A stretch of DNA of 56,999 bases, filler included, from Dimargaris cristalligena (GCA_003614675.1; 2 parts of 2 records of this genome joined end to end with filler, not necessarily neighbours in it), one strand, 5' to 3'; counted from the whole stretch's first letter, positions 12,356-27,295 are shown. The notes: generated by a model from the sequence alone, not told the origin. A program made the numbers and translations.

Positions 12356-14151
12356 TTGAGGAGGCGACGGAGGACTTTGTGCGGGCTTAGCGAACCGGCG
12401 GATGAAGAGACTCTTTGGGATAAGTAAGTGTGAGTAAGTAGGTTGTCAGACGAGGCGACCTAAACCAATACAAACGAACGGATACGGGGTGGGAAGGGAT
12501 CAGAGGAGGTATAGTAAACCTACCAGATGAAGAAAAGGTGTAACAGTATAATAGAATATAAGAGCAGCAAGGAGTGACGGACGGATCGGAAGAAAGAACC
12601 AGTCGAACGGGGATATAAGACATAAAAGGAAGTTAAGTTAAAAGCCCGTACATAACAGTGTCTACAGATCCGAAGAAAACGGAATAGATAGAATAAGAGG
12701 AAGGCGGCCGCGACCGTCGTTTTCGAGTGGCAGTAAGACTAAGTGGTTCAACACCATAGGTCGCCGAAGCCTATTTGCCGTGGTTTTCTGACCCATACAT
12801 ATCCTCTCTACCGAAAGAATCTCCATCATACATATATATATATTATATACATACATTACATACATCAGCACATACACAAGGCAGTATAAAACATCGCCAG
12901 TAGCCAACGTGTATGGGAGGAGGATGTATGTCTGTGTTATTCCATAGAAGAATTATGCGAATTACATAGTAGGAAAGGAGGACGGAGGGGGAGGTATATA
13001 ATATACATTGTAGACGCAGCAGAAGTTGCTCGGGCGGGCCATACTCTGGAGGTGCGTCTGCAGCTCTGACACTCTTCTCATTCTTATTACCATCACCACC
13101 CTTCCCGTACGGCATTTGTGAGAATGGCCGCGACTTATACAACAACACACGCCTGCCACTCCTTCCTATTCAATTTAAATTGGAAACAACATGTTCGTGT
13201 CCAATTAGTATAATTATAACCATTACCATTATCCATGAAATCGCCGGCTGAGATTATTGATTACTTGGCCGTATCTTCTAGACAAGAAGGGATCATCCCC
13301 AGTTTCCATGGGAGCATCGGGCTTTGGAGGAGGCACATTGGTTCTCAGAACTCTCGCCTTTTCCGGCTCCTTTCCCCAGTTGCCGGTTTCTTGTGTAAAA
13401 ATGCACCCTTCCCCAGCTGCTGGTTGTGCTTGTCCTATAGAGTACTACTACTACAGCCACCTCTGTTACACCCTATGATGATTGGATGATGGCAGGGCTC
13501 CATTGTTACCATATAATATATATATAATAGATGGCAGAGACCCCCCCAGCCAGATGTGCCCTAGAGCGCTATCTACTTACTACTAGTCATAATGGCTACT
13601 ACTGGCATTGCCTCTGTTTTAAGGGTGGGTGTGAATTATAATCACAGGGCAGCAGTGTTGTTGCTCTCCTTTTCACTCCATTCTTTCGGTTCAGTGCCTC
13701 CCTCCTTCTCAGCACACCCCATCGGTGCTGCTGAATTTACGTGTCCACTTCACTTGCTTCCCACTCCCCTAGTCTGCCGTTAATTTCCAAACCGAACGAA
13801 TAGGGAGAGGACATGTCCCCCTCTTTCCCCACTTTAATATACCACCCCCCACCGATATCATCAGGCTATTTTCAAATCCAAAGATCTTTGCTGCTTCATC
13901 CAACCCAACGCTGTTGTTAATCGACATGTCCGCTTGAATTTACAGGGTCTTCTCCAAGACAAATTGTATTTATTACCGTTCCTTAATTTGGTATAAGGCG
14001 GCCGAATAATTATCATGGGGAAATATATATATATAGGGTTAAAGAATGTACCCACACTCAAGTGCAGAGGAATCGAACGTCTTTCAACCCCAATTGTGTA
14101 GCGCACGGACAGAGTTGAGTCGTGAGGGTGAGGCGAGATAGGCGTATCTCT

Positions 14152-14864
14152 TTATTTGCCGCCGCCCATCTTTTTGAAGCTCTCCCGGTCCACCACCTTA
14201 ATTGATCATAAGTTCCAATTGGAAGTACACACGGGAACAAAGGTAACCCGCCATATAGATTGTCAAAGGTGGACAAATTTCCAGGTTTAGTATGGTGTGC
14301 AGTATATTCAGGCGAAAAGTGGGATCGATAGTATATATAACGCGATTAGTTGGTAAGTAAGTATAGGGGGGCAAGAGTCACTACTAGCTACTACTAGTAT
14401 TATTATTATTATGTACCTGGGGTAAGCATGTTTTATGGGAAGATATAGTAGAGTCCTCCTCCTCTCATATCAGCTATCATTGATTTATTCTAGCACAGTA
14501 TGGCTGCTACCACTGAGTGGGTGTGGTGGTGGAGGGGGGCTCTCTGTCTTACCTGGATCTTTTTGGGACCGTCCGGCACACGGCCTTCCACTGCGTTATT
14601 GACCACCCGCCCGGCCTCCTTCGTGCCCATGGACATGTCACCTTCGGTGGCCTGGCCTCCGCTGACCCGCGGGTCGTTATGGTAGACTTCTTCGCGCAGG
14701 GACTCAACCTCGTCTTCGCCCATCCGGCCCCAGTTATGGGAACCGGCGCCGTTTTTCTTGGGCAATCCGCGGATATCTTGAGGGCCGTGGCGAGGCAGGC
14801 TGTGATCGCGTTTGACGGCGCGGGGACTCATGTTGTTGTGGTGGTCGTTCTTGGGAAGCACCAT
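14152..14864 (-). CDS. Small Stf2/Tma10-like (HABP4/PAI-RBP1-related) hydrophilic protein; exons 14864-14553 and probably 14196-14152
   Basis: Motif DHSLPRHG..RGLPKKNGAGSHNWG is typical of this family. Donor GTAAGA follows KIQ. The AAG acceptor gives an in-frame VVDRESFKKMGGGK*. Second exon inferred. Confidence 0.7.
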
Positions 14865-15032
14865 GGTTGGAGATGGATAAATACGAAGGGGGGGGGGGGA
14901 GGGTAGGTTATAATTATAATTATTATAATAGAATAGTTAAGATGATATTGGGAATAAACGTTGTGAGATAGAAAGAGAGAAAGATGAGAGATATATGCTG
15001 GTTAATTGGACTAGTGGGTTTTACATGTAGAA

Positions 15033-15033
<1 letters not shown>

Positions 15034-15065
<32 letters not shown>
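15034..15065. repeat. (AG)n microsatellite
   Basis: Direct read. Confidence 0.9.
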
Positions 15066-15069
<4 letters not shown>

Positions 15070-15822
15070 TTAACACAGCCGGCGGGGGAGTGGGCTGAGG
15101 CAAGACCCTATATATCACCGCCGCCTCAACCCCCCCATGTTTGGCGTTGTGGGGTTTGAGTAAAAACGGGTTCTATTCTATTCTATTCCTAGGAGAAGGT
15201 GAAACCTATATCCCTTTCTCTCTCTACGGCTCGATCAACCACCCCATTCACAAATGATATTCCTCTATGGAACACTCCCATATGATATGTATCTTAAATG
15301 GGGAGTAAATGACGCCCACCCGGTGACGCCCCCCTCTCACGGCTGAAGATATCATATAAGCCTTATATGGTGGACACATATTACGGCGATTATTCCTAGC
15401 CTGTGTGACGCAGCCCCCGTAGGCTCGGGAAGGAGGCACCCATTCGCTCTCACCGTCATTAGGTAGAAATGTAATGCGTGTAACTTCCATTTCTTGGCTT
15501 TTGCCCTGAGACTCCCTGGGGCTTCTTCTCGTCCGCTTAAACTGGTCTAATCAAGCGGAACCAGCCGGATGTTAGCGACCCGGTGACCCCCCCCCTCTTC
15601 TTCTATCGCTCGGGTAACGGGCATAGTGTGGCCTATTAAGTGATGATTGGCACCTTGGTAGAGGGTATGTAGTGGTGACCTTTAGTTAAAATATTTTATA
15701 AAATAATGCACAGACTGACACACTGATATACTTATACTGAATAAAATAACATTATCATTAATTAGCCAGGCACCTTAGGTACAACACGATGGAGATCACC
15801 GGCGGAATAATGGAGTCGGTCG

Positions 15823-16608
15823 TTATCGATACATGACGTGTACGAAATGGTTAGGAGTCCGGCGCTGGCATAGTGAACAGTCGGCTTGAAACCCGAAGCG
15901 GACTACTCGCGGTTTAGGCACGGTTGGCGCAGCTGGGGATGAAACCGGAGACTGACCAGGCCGTCTTGATTGTTGAGTCACGGCACTGTTGTGGCCTGCT
16001 GGGTATGGTAATGGTAATGATGATGGCGCTGCTCCTATCCGTCCTGGTCGTAGTAGTGCGGACTGGGGCTGGCTGGCGGTCGGAGGGTATGGAATAGACC
16101 CAGGAGAGAGCATGGTGTTATTACTCCCGGGGATAGCCACCGCCGGTACTCCGAATGATGATGATGATGATGATGATGATAATGGCCCCTGGGCCGTCAT
16201 CGAGTTGGTTGAATCCACCAGCATGGCCATGGACGACGGGGGGTCCGAATGGAAAGAAAGTCGACGAAGGGGCTGGGAGAGCTGCGGTACGAGAGAGTCT
16301 TCGGGGTCCTGTGTGCGGAGGGGACGGTCTCCTTCCTCCCACCTGTGGTTCGGTGAGGGGGGGGCTATTCCTCTGGGGGGGTTAGTAGAGTCGAACAAGG
16401 ATCCCGGATAAGTGGTGGTCTGGAAACGGATTCGTTGGGTCCCGGTAGGGTTAAGCCAGCTGTTGAAATTACTACCGCTGTTATTACTACTACTACTACT
16501 ACTACTACTATCGCCGTTCATTAACAGCCGCCGCTTGGCCACCGGGAGTTGGTCATGGGAATAGTCTTGCTCGGCTATAAGTTGGGAGCGTTTGCAAGGC
16601 AGCGACAT
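15823..16608 (-). CDS. Disordered Ser/Pro-rich hypothetical protein with C-terminal GF/Y-x-ADC-x2-C-x6-H-x2-H motif
   Basis: ATG-initiated 261-aa ORF. N-terminal basic patches (CKRS..VAKRR) and a C-terminal FGFQADCSLCQRRTPNHFVH putative metal-binding motif of a kind I recall from fungal proteins of unknown function. Confidence 0.7.
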   Translation of the reverse strand: MSLPCKRSQLIAEQDYSHDQLPVAKRRLLMNGDSSSSSSSSNNSGSNFNSWLNPTGTQRIRFQTTTYPGSLFDSTNPPRGIAPPSPNHRWEEGDRPLRTQDPEDSLVPQLSQPLRRLSFHSDPPSSMAMLVDSTNSMTAQGPLSSSSSSSSFGVPAVAIPGSNNTMLSPGSIPYPPTASQPQSALLRPGRIGAAPSSLPLPYPAGHNSAVTQQSRRPGQSPVSSPAAPTVPKPRVVRFGFQADCSLCQRRTPNHFVHVMYR

Positions 16609-17338
16609 GATCCAAAAGAAATAAATAAATCTAGGGCATTACAAATCCAAGTAGGTCAAAAATAAATAACAAGGGACAGTTGGGCGGCTCCTATAAACAC
16701 CGAAAAGAATGAAAGCGGACAACAGAGTAAAATGCCTACTGAAGAATAGAGCAAAGGATGTGCTCTCCGAATGCGCTCAGCGTTTTTCAAGTTCTTTCTA
16801 CCTCTCACTGGCTGTATGCGCCAAATCGGCCAAACCATTCTTTCTGTCGCATCATATAACTAACTCTACTGGTAGTAGTGATAAGGAGTAAAAAGAAGAG
16901 GGAACTTCGACATATATATATATATATATATAGGAGCGAGGGGGAAATAATAGTCCCGTACTTTATTAATATTGGCCCTGCTTAGACAAGCCCGGACAAT
17001 ACCAAACGTAACCCTAAAAGCTGTTCGGTATGGCTGCTTGACTAGGGATGACCAAGTAGCTAGACTGCGCCCCATCCGGTGCATTCCAGCCGGCATAATA
17101 CCCCACAGTCTCGTTGCTGCTCTACATTGCCCGATACCCTTCTTTTCCTACCATACCTGTTTACCTCTATTATTTCCAGTTGGGTGCATTGTCTCTAATT
17201 CTCCCGTTCAAAACCATTCACAAGATACAGCGACTGCTCTACTTTTAGTTTCCCTTATAACCTACTTTTCCCCATTGATAGCACATCTTAACCCTGGATA
17301 AGCGCCGACCTAGCTTCCCAGCACCCCTACTTACCACC

Positions 17339-18965
17339 ATGTCCAAAGGCCATCTCTCCGATTCGTTCGGTCCCCTCCAGGGCCGCAGCTGGGATGAATT
17401 ACGCCGCCAGGTACGCACCCTCTCCTCCAGCATCGACCAAAACCTCGCCCGGTTCCACCAACTCTTTGCCACCGTCTCCAATGCAACCGATTCACTATCC
17501 TCCACCGGAGGAATAGGAGGTGGAGGTCCCCCCTCCTACTCCGACGTGCTGAGCGCCGCCGGTGGTGGGGATGAGTTCGTTATCGGTGGTGGTGGCCTGC
17601 GGCCCTCGTCCGCCGACGCGGGGCTGGCCAAAACGGAGGAGGAACTGGACTTACTGTATGATCAACTTCAGGCCACCGTTCGAGCCATGGCCCGCATTCA
17701 GGAATCCGGGGGGGATACGCCAGCGGGGGGCGGCAGTAGACCGTCGTCGGCAATGTTACATACTTTGCAGCGGAGTCGGGATATGGAATTGGATTACGGC
17801 AAAGAAATCCAGCGGGCTAAGGTTAGTTATAGTATAAAGTAAACTTGGGTGTGGCATTCGAGTAAACCATGCGGGGGGAGGGAGGCAATTGGGTCATATG
17901 AGGAGTCCAACAGTCTTTGTCGGGCCTTTTGCCGAGAATCACGCAACCCCCGTATATCGTAACTGGGGGGTGCATTGGCAATGGATACTAACTATGTGGT
18001 TCGATGCCAACCTACTTCCATTGTGCTCGGCCCATCTATCTATCCACGTATGTAGGATAAGGTACACAGTTATCGACAAAGAGCCGACTTACTCAGTGGC
18101 GGGGGACTATCTTCAGGGTAAGTGTATATACTCCATCAGGTGATGCTCAACGAATGGAAATACCAGGTTTCATACCACCCGCTGAATTTGAGTGCACTCA
18201 TACTACCCACATGTTTATTACTTGGTTGGTATACGCCGGGAAGCGGTGAGGAGTCGGGGAATGAAACCCAGAAAACCCTAATTTACCATGTTATTTGACA
18301 CCACCATTCTATAATGTTCTATATAGTGAGCCACGGGACGATGTCCAGAGTCTACTGCACGAGCGTGACCGGATAGACCATTCGCATCAAATGATCGACA
18401 TGACCCTCGGGTAAGTCAGGGGTTCAATTGTGCCACCGGCTTATGCTTTAGTTGATTGTTTCGAACCGTACACCAATTTGCCTTTTGTTTGGCGTATGAA
18501 TCCATATACCTTTGCCATACTAACCCGACTTTTATTTGGTCTTGTTGAACATCCGTGTCTATATATATAATATGTTTTTATGCGCCGATAGTCAAGCGTA
18601 TGCTGTACGAGGAGATCTCGATGAGCAGCGTAGTATGTTATCCAGGAGTATGGGTCGTATTGGGTTGGTTTTAGGTAAGTGTAGCTATTTATTTGGATAT
18701 GGTCTGGTTTGGTTGGGTCAGTAAACTACCATCACTATCTCTGGCCAAGTGCCCGCCCCATGGCTGGTTCATTAGTTGTACATGTGGTATCCACCGTCCC
18801 TGCTCACCAATCCTCTAATCACCTTCCTCCCTCCCGACAGACCGTGTTCCGGGCATCAATCTACTTCTCCGTAAAATCGGATACCGACGTCGCCGTGACC
18901 AGCTTATTATTGGCGGCCTGATCGCACTATTCCTATTTTTTATCCTTTGGTATAAATTTGGCTAG
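17339..18965 (+). CDS. GOS1: Golgi SNARE Gos1/GOSR1; exons 17339-17821, 18056-18117, 18327-18410, 18592-18674, 18841-18965
   Basis: N-terminus SWDELRRQVRTL..ID, then HTLQRSRDM..DY, LLHERDRIDHSHQMIDMTLGQAYAVR..L..QR, and C-terminus VPGINLLLRKIGYRRRRDQLIIGGLIALFLFFILWYKFG* (TM anchor). All four introns are GT-AG and preserve frame. Confidence 0.9.
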
Positions 18966-19799
18966 CGGTATAATGATTAGCCTTTTTCGGGGGCTACTCT
19001 ATTTTAGTCAAATGGCCTATCTTATCTAGCTGTGGGCTGTTTGTGGATTGGGTACGACTCATCTTTAACATACTTAATATAATGCCCTAATGGATGCGCA
19101 ATGTTGCCCTGCTGCTCTCTTATATAAATATATATTACCATAGAGCGAGTTGATACGCACTGACTTTCAATAGTATGGTATGGCAAGTGAGATAATAAAA
19201 GGGAGGGCAGTAATTTTGGTGGGTGGAGTGCGAATTTTAGAGTGTGAGCACGCCATTTCCCTCTTTCCTTACTAGTCCAGTAGAATGACGAATAGGGCAG
19301 GTGACTTTTTTCCTTTACCAAGAATGTGCAGACCCCCCCAGCTATATACAGACAATCAAAATGTCTAGCTGATTAAACAACACCACGCACACACTTGGTT
19401 TCAGAACTTTCTCCGCTTTAAAGGAAAAGGGAGAAACCCAAGGCGTAGAGCGCGAGTCTTTAATTTCTCCCTTTCTTTATTATTTAAATACCTTACCTCA
19501 GTACCGAGCTCTGTTTTAATATATATATATATATCTGTGCTCAGGACATTCATTGCCCAATATTATTCTCGTTGTGCTAGTTTATTTGGTATTTATCAAC
19601 TCCCTATTTCTAACCACCCCTCTTCCCCTTATTTCTCGACTTTAAAACTATATAGGTTCGGGGCTCCTTTAGGAATTGCCAATTCCCCCTCTCTTTATTC
19701 ACATTCGCATTCTTGTTAATTGTTCGCCCTATTTGCCCACACACCACTCTACCACCACCACTTCCTCTCTTTCACATTCTCCTTCTCAGTCCCTTCGAG

Positions 19800-20873
19800 A
19801 TGGTCGTCGTCTCCTTTGGCGCATTCCTCTCGGGCCTGCTCGGCTGGCTCTACTTTCTCGCCTGGTCTGTCAGTTTCTACCCCCAGGCTATCCTCAACTA
19901 CCGCCGCAAGAGCGTCCAGGGCCTGTCCATCGATTTCTTAGTCTATAATGCCTTTGGGTTCGCTTGTTACGCCTTGTACAACCTCACTTTTTACGCCAGT
20001 CCGGCCATCCGGCGGGAATACGAAGACCGCAACGAAGGGAAGAGCAACCTGGTGCAACTCAACGACGTGTTTTTTGCAGTACATGCCTTCTTGATTGCGT
20101 CGTTTACGCTTGGACAGTCGTTTGTGTATAAAGTAAGAAGGGATAACCATGGGTTTAAATTATAAGGGAAGGTGCGAGGGCCCTCCCTCAATCCCCTGCA
20201 TGGTCGACATTCCCAAATAGAGATATATTCTCGGGTGTTACTTGCGCGCCTGCCTGCTGCCTCTGACCCTGAAGTACTTTTATAGCACCCCCCTCCCCAC
20301 CACCCTCACTAACCCAGATATTTCCTCGAATTGTCGTCCACCATCTACCCTGTACCTTCCACCCCTCAGCGCAATACCACCCAGGAACTATCATTCGTGG
20401 CCAAGGCCTTTCTGTTCATCTCGGGCATTGGGATAGCCGCGCTCAGCGTCGGCATTACGTTTCGGGCCGCCATGTGGATTGACCTCCTGTACTTCCTTTC
20501 CTACATCAAACTATTCATTAGCTTGGTCAAATACTGCCCGCAAGTCTATGTCAACTACAAGGCCCAGTCCACGGTGGGATGGAGCATCCATAACGTCCTC
20601 CTCGATTTGACCGGCGGGGTGCTGTCCATGTCGCAACTGGTGTTGGACGCCGCCCGGCTGGATAACTGGGGCGGGATTGCGGGCAATCCGGTGAAATTGG
20701 GCCTGGGTCTGGTGAGTATCGCCTTTGACCTGGTGTTCATCGTGCAACACTATGTGCTGTACCGCCGGAGTGCGGATTTCCAGCGCTTGGTTGACGACGA
20801 AGGGGACGAGTTCTTGGCCAGTGGGCCCGAAGACTCTTTGTCGGACTATCAGATTGAGCCCCGATCCTCTTGA
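19800..20873 (+). CDS. CTNS: Cystinosin/Ers1-like PQ-loop vacuolar cystine transporter; exons 19800-20132, 20370-20873
   Basis: GWLYFLAWSVSFYPQAILNYRRKSVQGLSIDF and KYCPQVYVNYKAQSTVGWSIHNVLLDLTGG, then NPVKLGLG..FDLVFIVQHYVLY: two PQ-loop repeats. Phase-0 GT-AG intron. Confidence 0.92.
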
Positions 20874-21296
20874 TCTCTCCCGCTTTTTAACGAAAGGGGG
20901 GTAATGCCTCGACGGGATCTACATTTACCGTTGGTATCTGTCTGAGTCTTGATTCCCATCCATACCAATACCAATACCAATGCCAGGCTAGTACTATTAT
21001 TATATATGTATATTCTTTACCGTAGGGTTTCATGACTTGGTACTTGATCTAGTTTGTAGACAGCTGCAGCACAGCTAAGCCCCCTGGTCTTGGTCAGTAG
21101 TTCGTCCCCTTGAGGACCAAGCAGGTATTTTTTAACATTATTTGCCCGTCAACACCATGCCACTAAATTTCTTTTGATGGACTACTCTATTCACCACTTA
21201 AATATATATATATATATATTTGAACACATTTCCCCCTGTACCATTAAAATTGGGTCTATCCAGTTCGATGTCACAAGTGTTTGTTTATTGGATGCC

Positions 21297-21595
21297 TTAA
21301 AAACAGGCTATGCCACAATTAAAGGAGCGATGAGTGAGTGGATGAGGGAGTGAGCATCAGAATGGGATGATGTCCTCGTCTCTGGAATGGTGGGGTATAT
21401 ATATATATATATATATAACCACCATTATTGATTCTACTTCTTACGAAAGTCGGCCGGGTTTCGTTCCGCGAGTCTACCAACTGGAGTTGGAGGCACCCTG
21501 GTACCACCGGTCGGAGGGGGAAGAGCGACGGCCATGCACAACAGGGAGGCCATACCAAGCGTGAAGAGGGAGAAACGAAGGGTGATACAATGCAT
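21297..21595 (-). CDS. Putative 53-aa secreted peptide precursor (not in ORF track); exons 21595-21445, 21307-21297
   Basis: Hand translation: MHCITLRFSLFTLGMASLLCMAVALPPPTGGTRVPPTPVGRLAERNPADF|PCF*. Signal-peptide-like N-terminus ending AVA-LP, pyrimidine-rich leader, GTAAGA donor and CATAG acceptor. Unspliced reading would end ..ADFRKK*. Confidence 0.55.
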
Positions 21596-22164
21596 AGTGG
21601 AGGGGAGCGTAATGAAGTGGACTGTAATGTAATGGAATGGAATAGATAAACCAATTGGGGAATGATAATATGATTTAGCAAGAGGAAAGTCGACGGGTAT
21701 TTTTAGAGTTTCCCGGAGACCGATGGAGGTCTAGGGAGGAGGTTTCAAAGGTAATGTTCCCTCCTCGACTGGTGCAGTATACCTCCAGAATAATCAGGTA
21801 GGTAGGTGTGGGTTGGCAGCAGCGGACTATCGGGGTGGTGGTTGTTAATCGGCTGAGAGTCCTCGAAAGCTTTATCTTTAGGGATGCTACAGTAGTCCAA
21901 TCAGGCAGATATTCTTTAGAAATGGCAGCTGCCCGGGAGTTGCATAGCACTGGGCAATCCCCTACGCCAAGTCAAATCAAGGAGAAGAGGTGTTTATTTA
22001 ATTTAATGAGGGATTGCCCAAGGATACCAAGAGAAGGGGCCCATGGTGTCATATCAAACCCTCTTCTTTTATTGTAGGGCTTGATCTATAACGATATAAG
22101 CGCACTTTCTCCTGATGGGTGAAAATCCACCCGCCCGTTGCGCTGGCTTTTGACTATGGACAGT

Positions 22165-22212
22165 AGTAGGAGTAGGAGTAGGAGTAGGAGTAGGAGTAGG
22201 AGTAGGAGTAGT
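22165..22212. repeat. (AGTAGG)n hexamer microsatellite upstream of YPT6
   Basis: Direct read. Confidence 0.9.
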
Positions 22213-22469
22213 AGTACCCTTCCCTCCTTCCCTCTCTCATCTCTCCTACTCTGGAGTTTATGCCCTCTTTTCCGTTTGTTCCGTTTTCTCCCTTTAGGCT
22301 TAGAGATCCCCTTCCTCCCCTTTTCTTCGTTACTGTCTAGCCCTCTAACCCTTCCCGCTCGGCGACCGTGGTCATCTGGCCCATCTCTTTCCTCCCCAGC
22401 TCACCTTCATATATTTCATATATACAATATACATTTCTATATAAATCCCTCTATCTATTAATAGTAACC

Positions 22470-24179
<1,710 letters not shown>

Positions 24180-24988
24180 TTTATGTAAACCTCCTCCCCA
24201 TCTTTTCCTTCCTCCGTCGTTGCTCCGGGCGCTTACCATTATTCCCCTGTCATTCACACACTCCTCGCACACCACTTTATTTGCCAATTTTTGGGGGGAT
24301 TTCTTTCGCCCCCCACCCCCGCCCTTTCTTTTCTCGGCCACTTTGTTGCTTCGCATCAGCTATGCGCGCGTCCTCCGCTCCTTTTTATACCCCCCTTCCC
24401 TTTTAGCTATTTGTCCCCCGTGTTTAATTACCAATAAATTTCGCTATTTCATTCTCGCCCCTCATGGCCTCGTGTCTTTGCAGAGTTCGCTGGGGCTGTT
24501 AACGGTGGTTAACAATGGTTAAAGAAAGGGCATTCGTTAAAATGTTGAATCTCATCTATCTATCTATCTATATAAATATATATATAATTACTAGATTAAA
24601 CCCAATTATGTGAAGCCGGTATCTTCTCTAAAAATCTAGGGGACTGGGTATTAAATTACCATACACTAGATCATATCCCAGCTATTTGGTTCATACTAGA
24701 GCTGGCGGTCTAATTATCCCCCCTCAAAAACCCATTCCCCCAATGGGGGAATTGGAGATTCGAGGTTTGTAGTGTAATTTTCTATTCAATCACTTTTCGC
24801 TTGCCCTGTGGCTGGGGACTCTAGGCCATGGTCACAGTGTTAAGTGATTCGCATGTCTCTCCCATTCGACCCATTTATATTTACACTGACTTGTTATTTT
24901 TCTTTGTCTACCCCGACATACATTAATATTGGTGTATTTTTAACCACTTACTTGATTACTCTCGGTCCACCCCTCCCTCTATCTTGAC

Positions 24989-26262
24989 ATGTCCTTTTCA
25001 CTACCATTAGCGTTTGGGCGGTCTAGCCGATGGTCCGCATTCAATCTGCGGCAAGTCTATACCGCATGGTATGGGTCAGCCCGGTCTTATACTCGTCCAC
25101 TTCGATATAGCCATTCCCAGGCCCGACCAGAAGTCAACTTTCAAGTACAGTCTGGTGGTATAATAGTAGAAGCAGCGGCGGCAGCTGTCGAAACACCACT
25201 ACCAACCACAGCCACCGTAGCCGGAATTAAAAGCATAGGTTCAACAATGCAGGTAGGGACAGCGGTCGAGTGTAATAACTTAATATTTGCCGAAGGAGTC
25301 CGGAAAGTGCTTCGGACTATTGCCACACCAGGTAAGCCATATAGGTCTTTGTGGTATATTCGTATAAGCATGCTGTAACCGGTCCAAGGTTATCGAGAGG
25401 GCCTTGTCACCGTTGATCTAGTGGGTTTTATCATTATAGACTCTGTTGCCTAGCGAGATATTAATAGCGTTATTACACAATCTATACTTTTACACCTTAC
25501 GCGGGACCTTCCTCCCCCCCTTTTTTTCTACCAATACGCCTTTATTGATTTATCGCAGTCGTCGTATTGACCACTTACGACCCCGAACATGAACGGTCTG
25601 TTGGTATGACCGTTGGCTCCTTCTCCTCGGTCTCGCTACGACCGCCTATAGTCTCCTTCAACATTCGCAATCCATCCCGGTTCGGCGAAGCCTTGCATCG
25701 CAGTCGTCGGGTGGTCATTAATATTCTGGCCGGCGATCAGACTGCCCTAAGCGCCATGTTCGCGGATCCCCATCAACAATACCGTCCCGACCATAGTCCA
25801 TTTCGGGACATTCCACACACCCTTTTAACCGAAATGAAAGAGCAATATACTTTTACTGCAACCACCACCACCACCTCTACTACTACCACTTCTACTAGTA
25901 CTACCACCTTTGCTAATGCCACTATTGCCCAACTACACCCAATCCCGGTTTTAAAGGGAACGGTTGGGGGATTAGAGGGTTCGGTTCGGGAGATTGTACC
26001 CATGGGTGACCATGAGGTATGGTTTTTTAATGTACAGCAGTGTTGGGACCATTCCGCCTCCCTTAACCGGCCTTCGGCGGAAACGGAAGCTGCGGCCAGC
26101 TATCGGAATGATGGCCCTACTGATTCGCCCGTAACGGAACATACGTTGCATACCCCAAGTAATGCCACTTACCCACCGTCGGCTTTGCTCTACTGTAATC
26201 GGAGGTATCATGCTCTTGACTCTCACTCGGAACTGGGGCGACCTCTTTCAGGCAAGAGTTAG
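24989..26262 (+). CDS. Flavin-reductase-like FMN-binding protein, probably mitochondria-targeted; exons 24989-25331, 25559-26262
   Basis: VRKVLRTIATPVVVLTT..GMTVGSFSSVSLRPPIVSFNI..INILA..F..GDHEVW..LLYCNRRY is the flavin-reductase-like domain pattern. The Arg/Ser-rich, acid-free N-terminus resembles a mitochondrial presequence. Confidence 0.85.
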
Positions 26263-26884
26263 TACAGCCATTGCGGGATACGCGTGTCTTTTGGTTTTAT
26301 TCAACACCGGACATGTTGTGCAATCTCCCCATCCTTGCATACTCGCATTTTCACACTCACGCCTATATAGATACATATTTATTTATTTTTTAAGAGACTC
26401 CGCCTAATTTGGTTATGGTTCATCCGTAATAGCCTATGTATTATTACGCAAAGTAATCACTATAGGAGTGTCCCGAATATAGAGGCAAAAAATTAGGTAC
26501 TATTGAGGGGTTTTACAGGGTTGGCCACGGAAAAGGGATTGTTAGTAGTTTAACTAAGAAACTATATATATATAAAGGTCGGATAATAGAAAGATATAGA
26601 CGAGTGTGATACGCCATTTAGCACCAAATCGTAGAGCAATAACTCCAAATTCAAGACGTGTGGGTTGTAAAGGAGATATTGTCAATATACATAACTAGTG
26701 AATTCGGCGGAAGGTAAATTGAATACACGCTTAGCGGAGAACTGAGGCAAACCTAGGGTGATGTTGACTTGTCGAGAAATAAGCGAAAGTCTGTCATCCC
26801 CCCATCACTTGCAACCCTGAGAATAGCTGGTGTGCGTGGGGGGGGGGGAGGGGGTTTAGACTATCAAACCAATTCACCCTATTC

Positions 26885-27295
26885 TTAAGGGGCTCCGTCA
26901 CGATCTTGCAACTTGCGCTTCCAGTTCTGTTCCAGATAATACATGCACGTCAACTCGTGCAACCTCACACCATCTGGGGTTTCGCATAAAGTACAACAGA
27001 GGCTGCAGTTCAAACTGTGTTGCTGTATCCAGTGGATTCTGTAGTAAGCCGGATCCCAGGTAAATCCATGGCATAATTTGCAGATCAGGTTGAGGATAGA
27101 TGAAGGGAGGGCGTTGGCATCGACGTGGGTAGTATGTTGGGCGGGCTGAGTTCCCCCGAGTGGGTTGGGGGTTTGACTAGATTGGTGAGGTCCGTAACCC
27201 GATGCGTGGTCATTTTTAATAAGCGAGTCAGGTGTTAACGGCAGTGAATAATTAGCGGACCCACTTAATGAAGGGCTGCTAGTAGCTTCTTCCAT
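26885..27295 (-). CDS. Small orphan protein with two C-terminal zinc-finger-like motifs
   Basis: ATG-initiated 136-aa ORF containing CKLC..F..YYRIHWIQQH (C2H2) and CSLC..VRLHELTC (C2HC). Confidence 0.6.
   Translation of the reverse strand: MEEATSSPSLSGSANYSLPLTPDSLIKNDHASGYGPHQSSQTPNPLGGTQPAQHTTHVDANALPSSILNLICKLCHGFTWDPAYYRIHWIQQHSLNCSLCCTLCETPDGVRLHELTCMYYLEQNWKRKLQDRDGAP

Noticed and set aside
14384-14416. Alternative last exon (VHNNNNTSSS*) for the Stf2-like gene
   Set aside because: Derived from microsatellite sequence. The exon at 14196-14152 gives a more protein-like ending, though neither is proven.
15638-15720. Possible C/D box snoRNA (GTGATGA...CTGA)
   Set aside because: No terminal stem or recognisable rRNA-complementary guide; such short boxes occur by chance.
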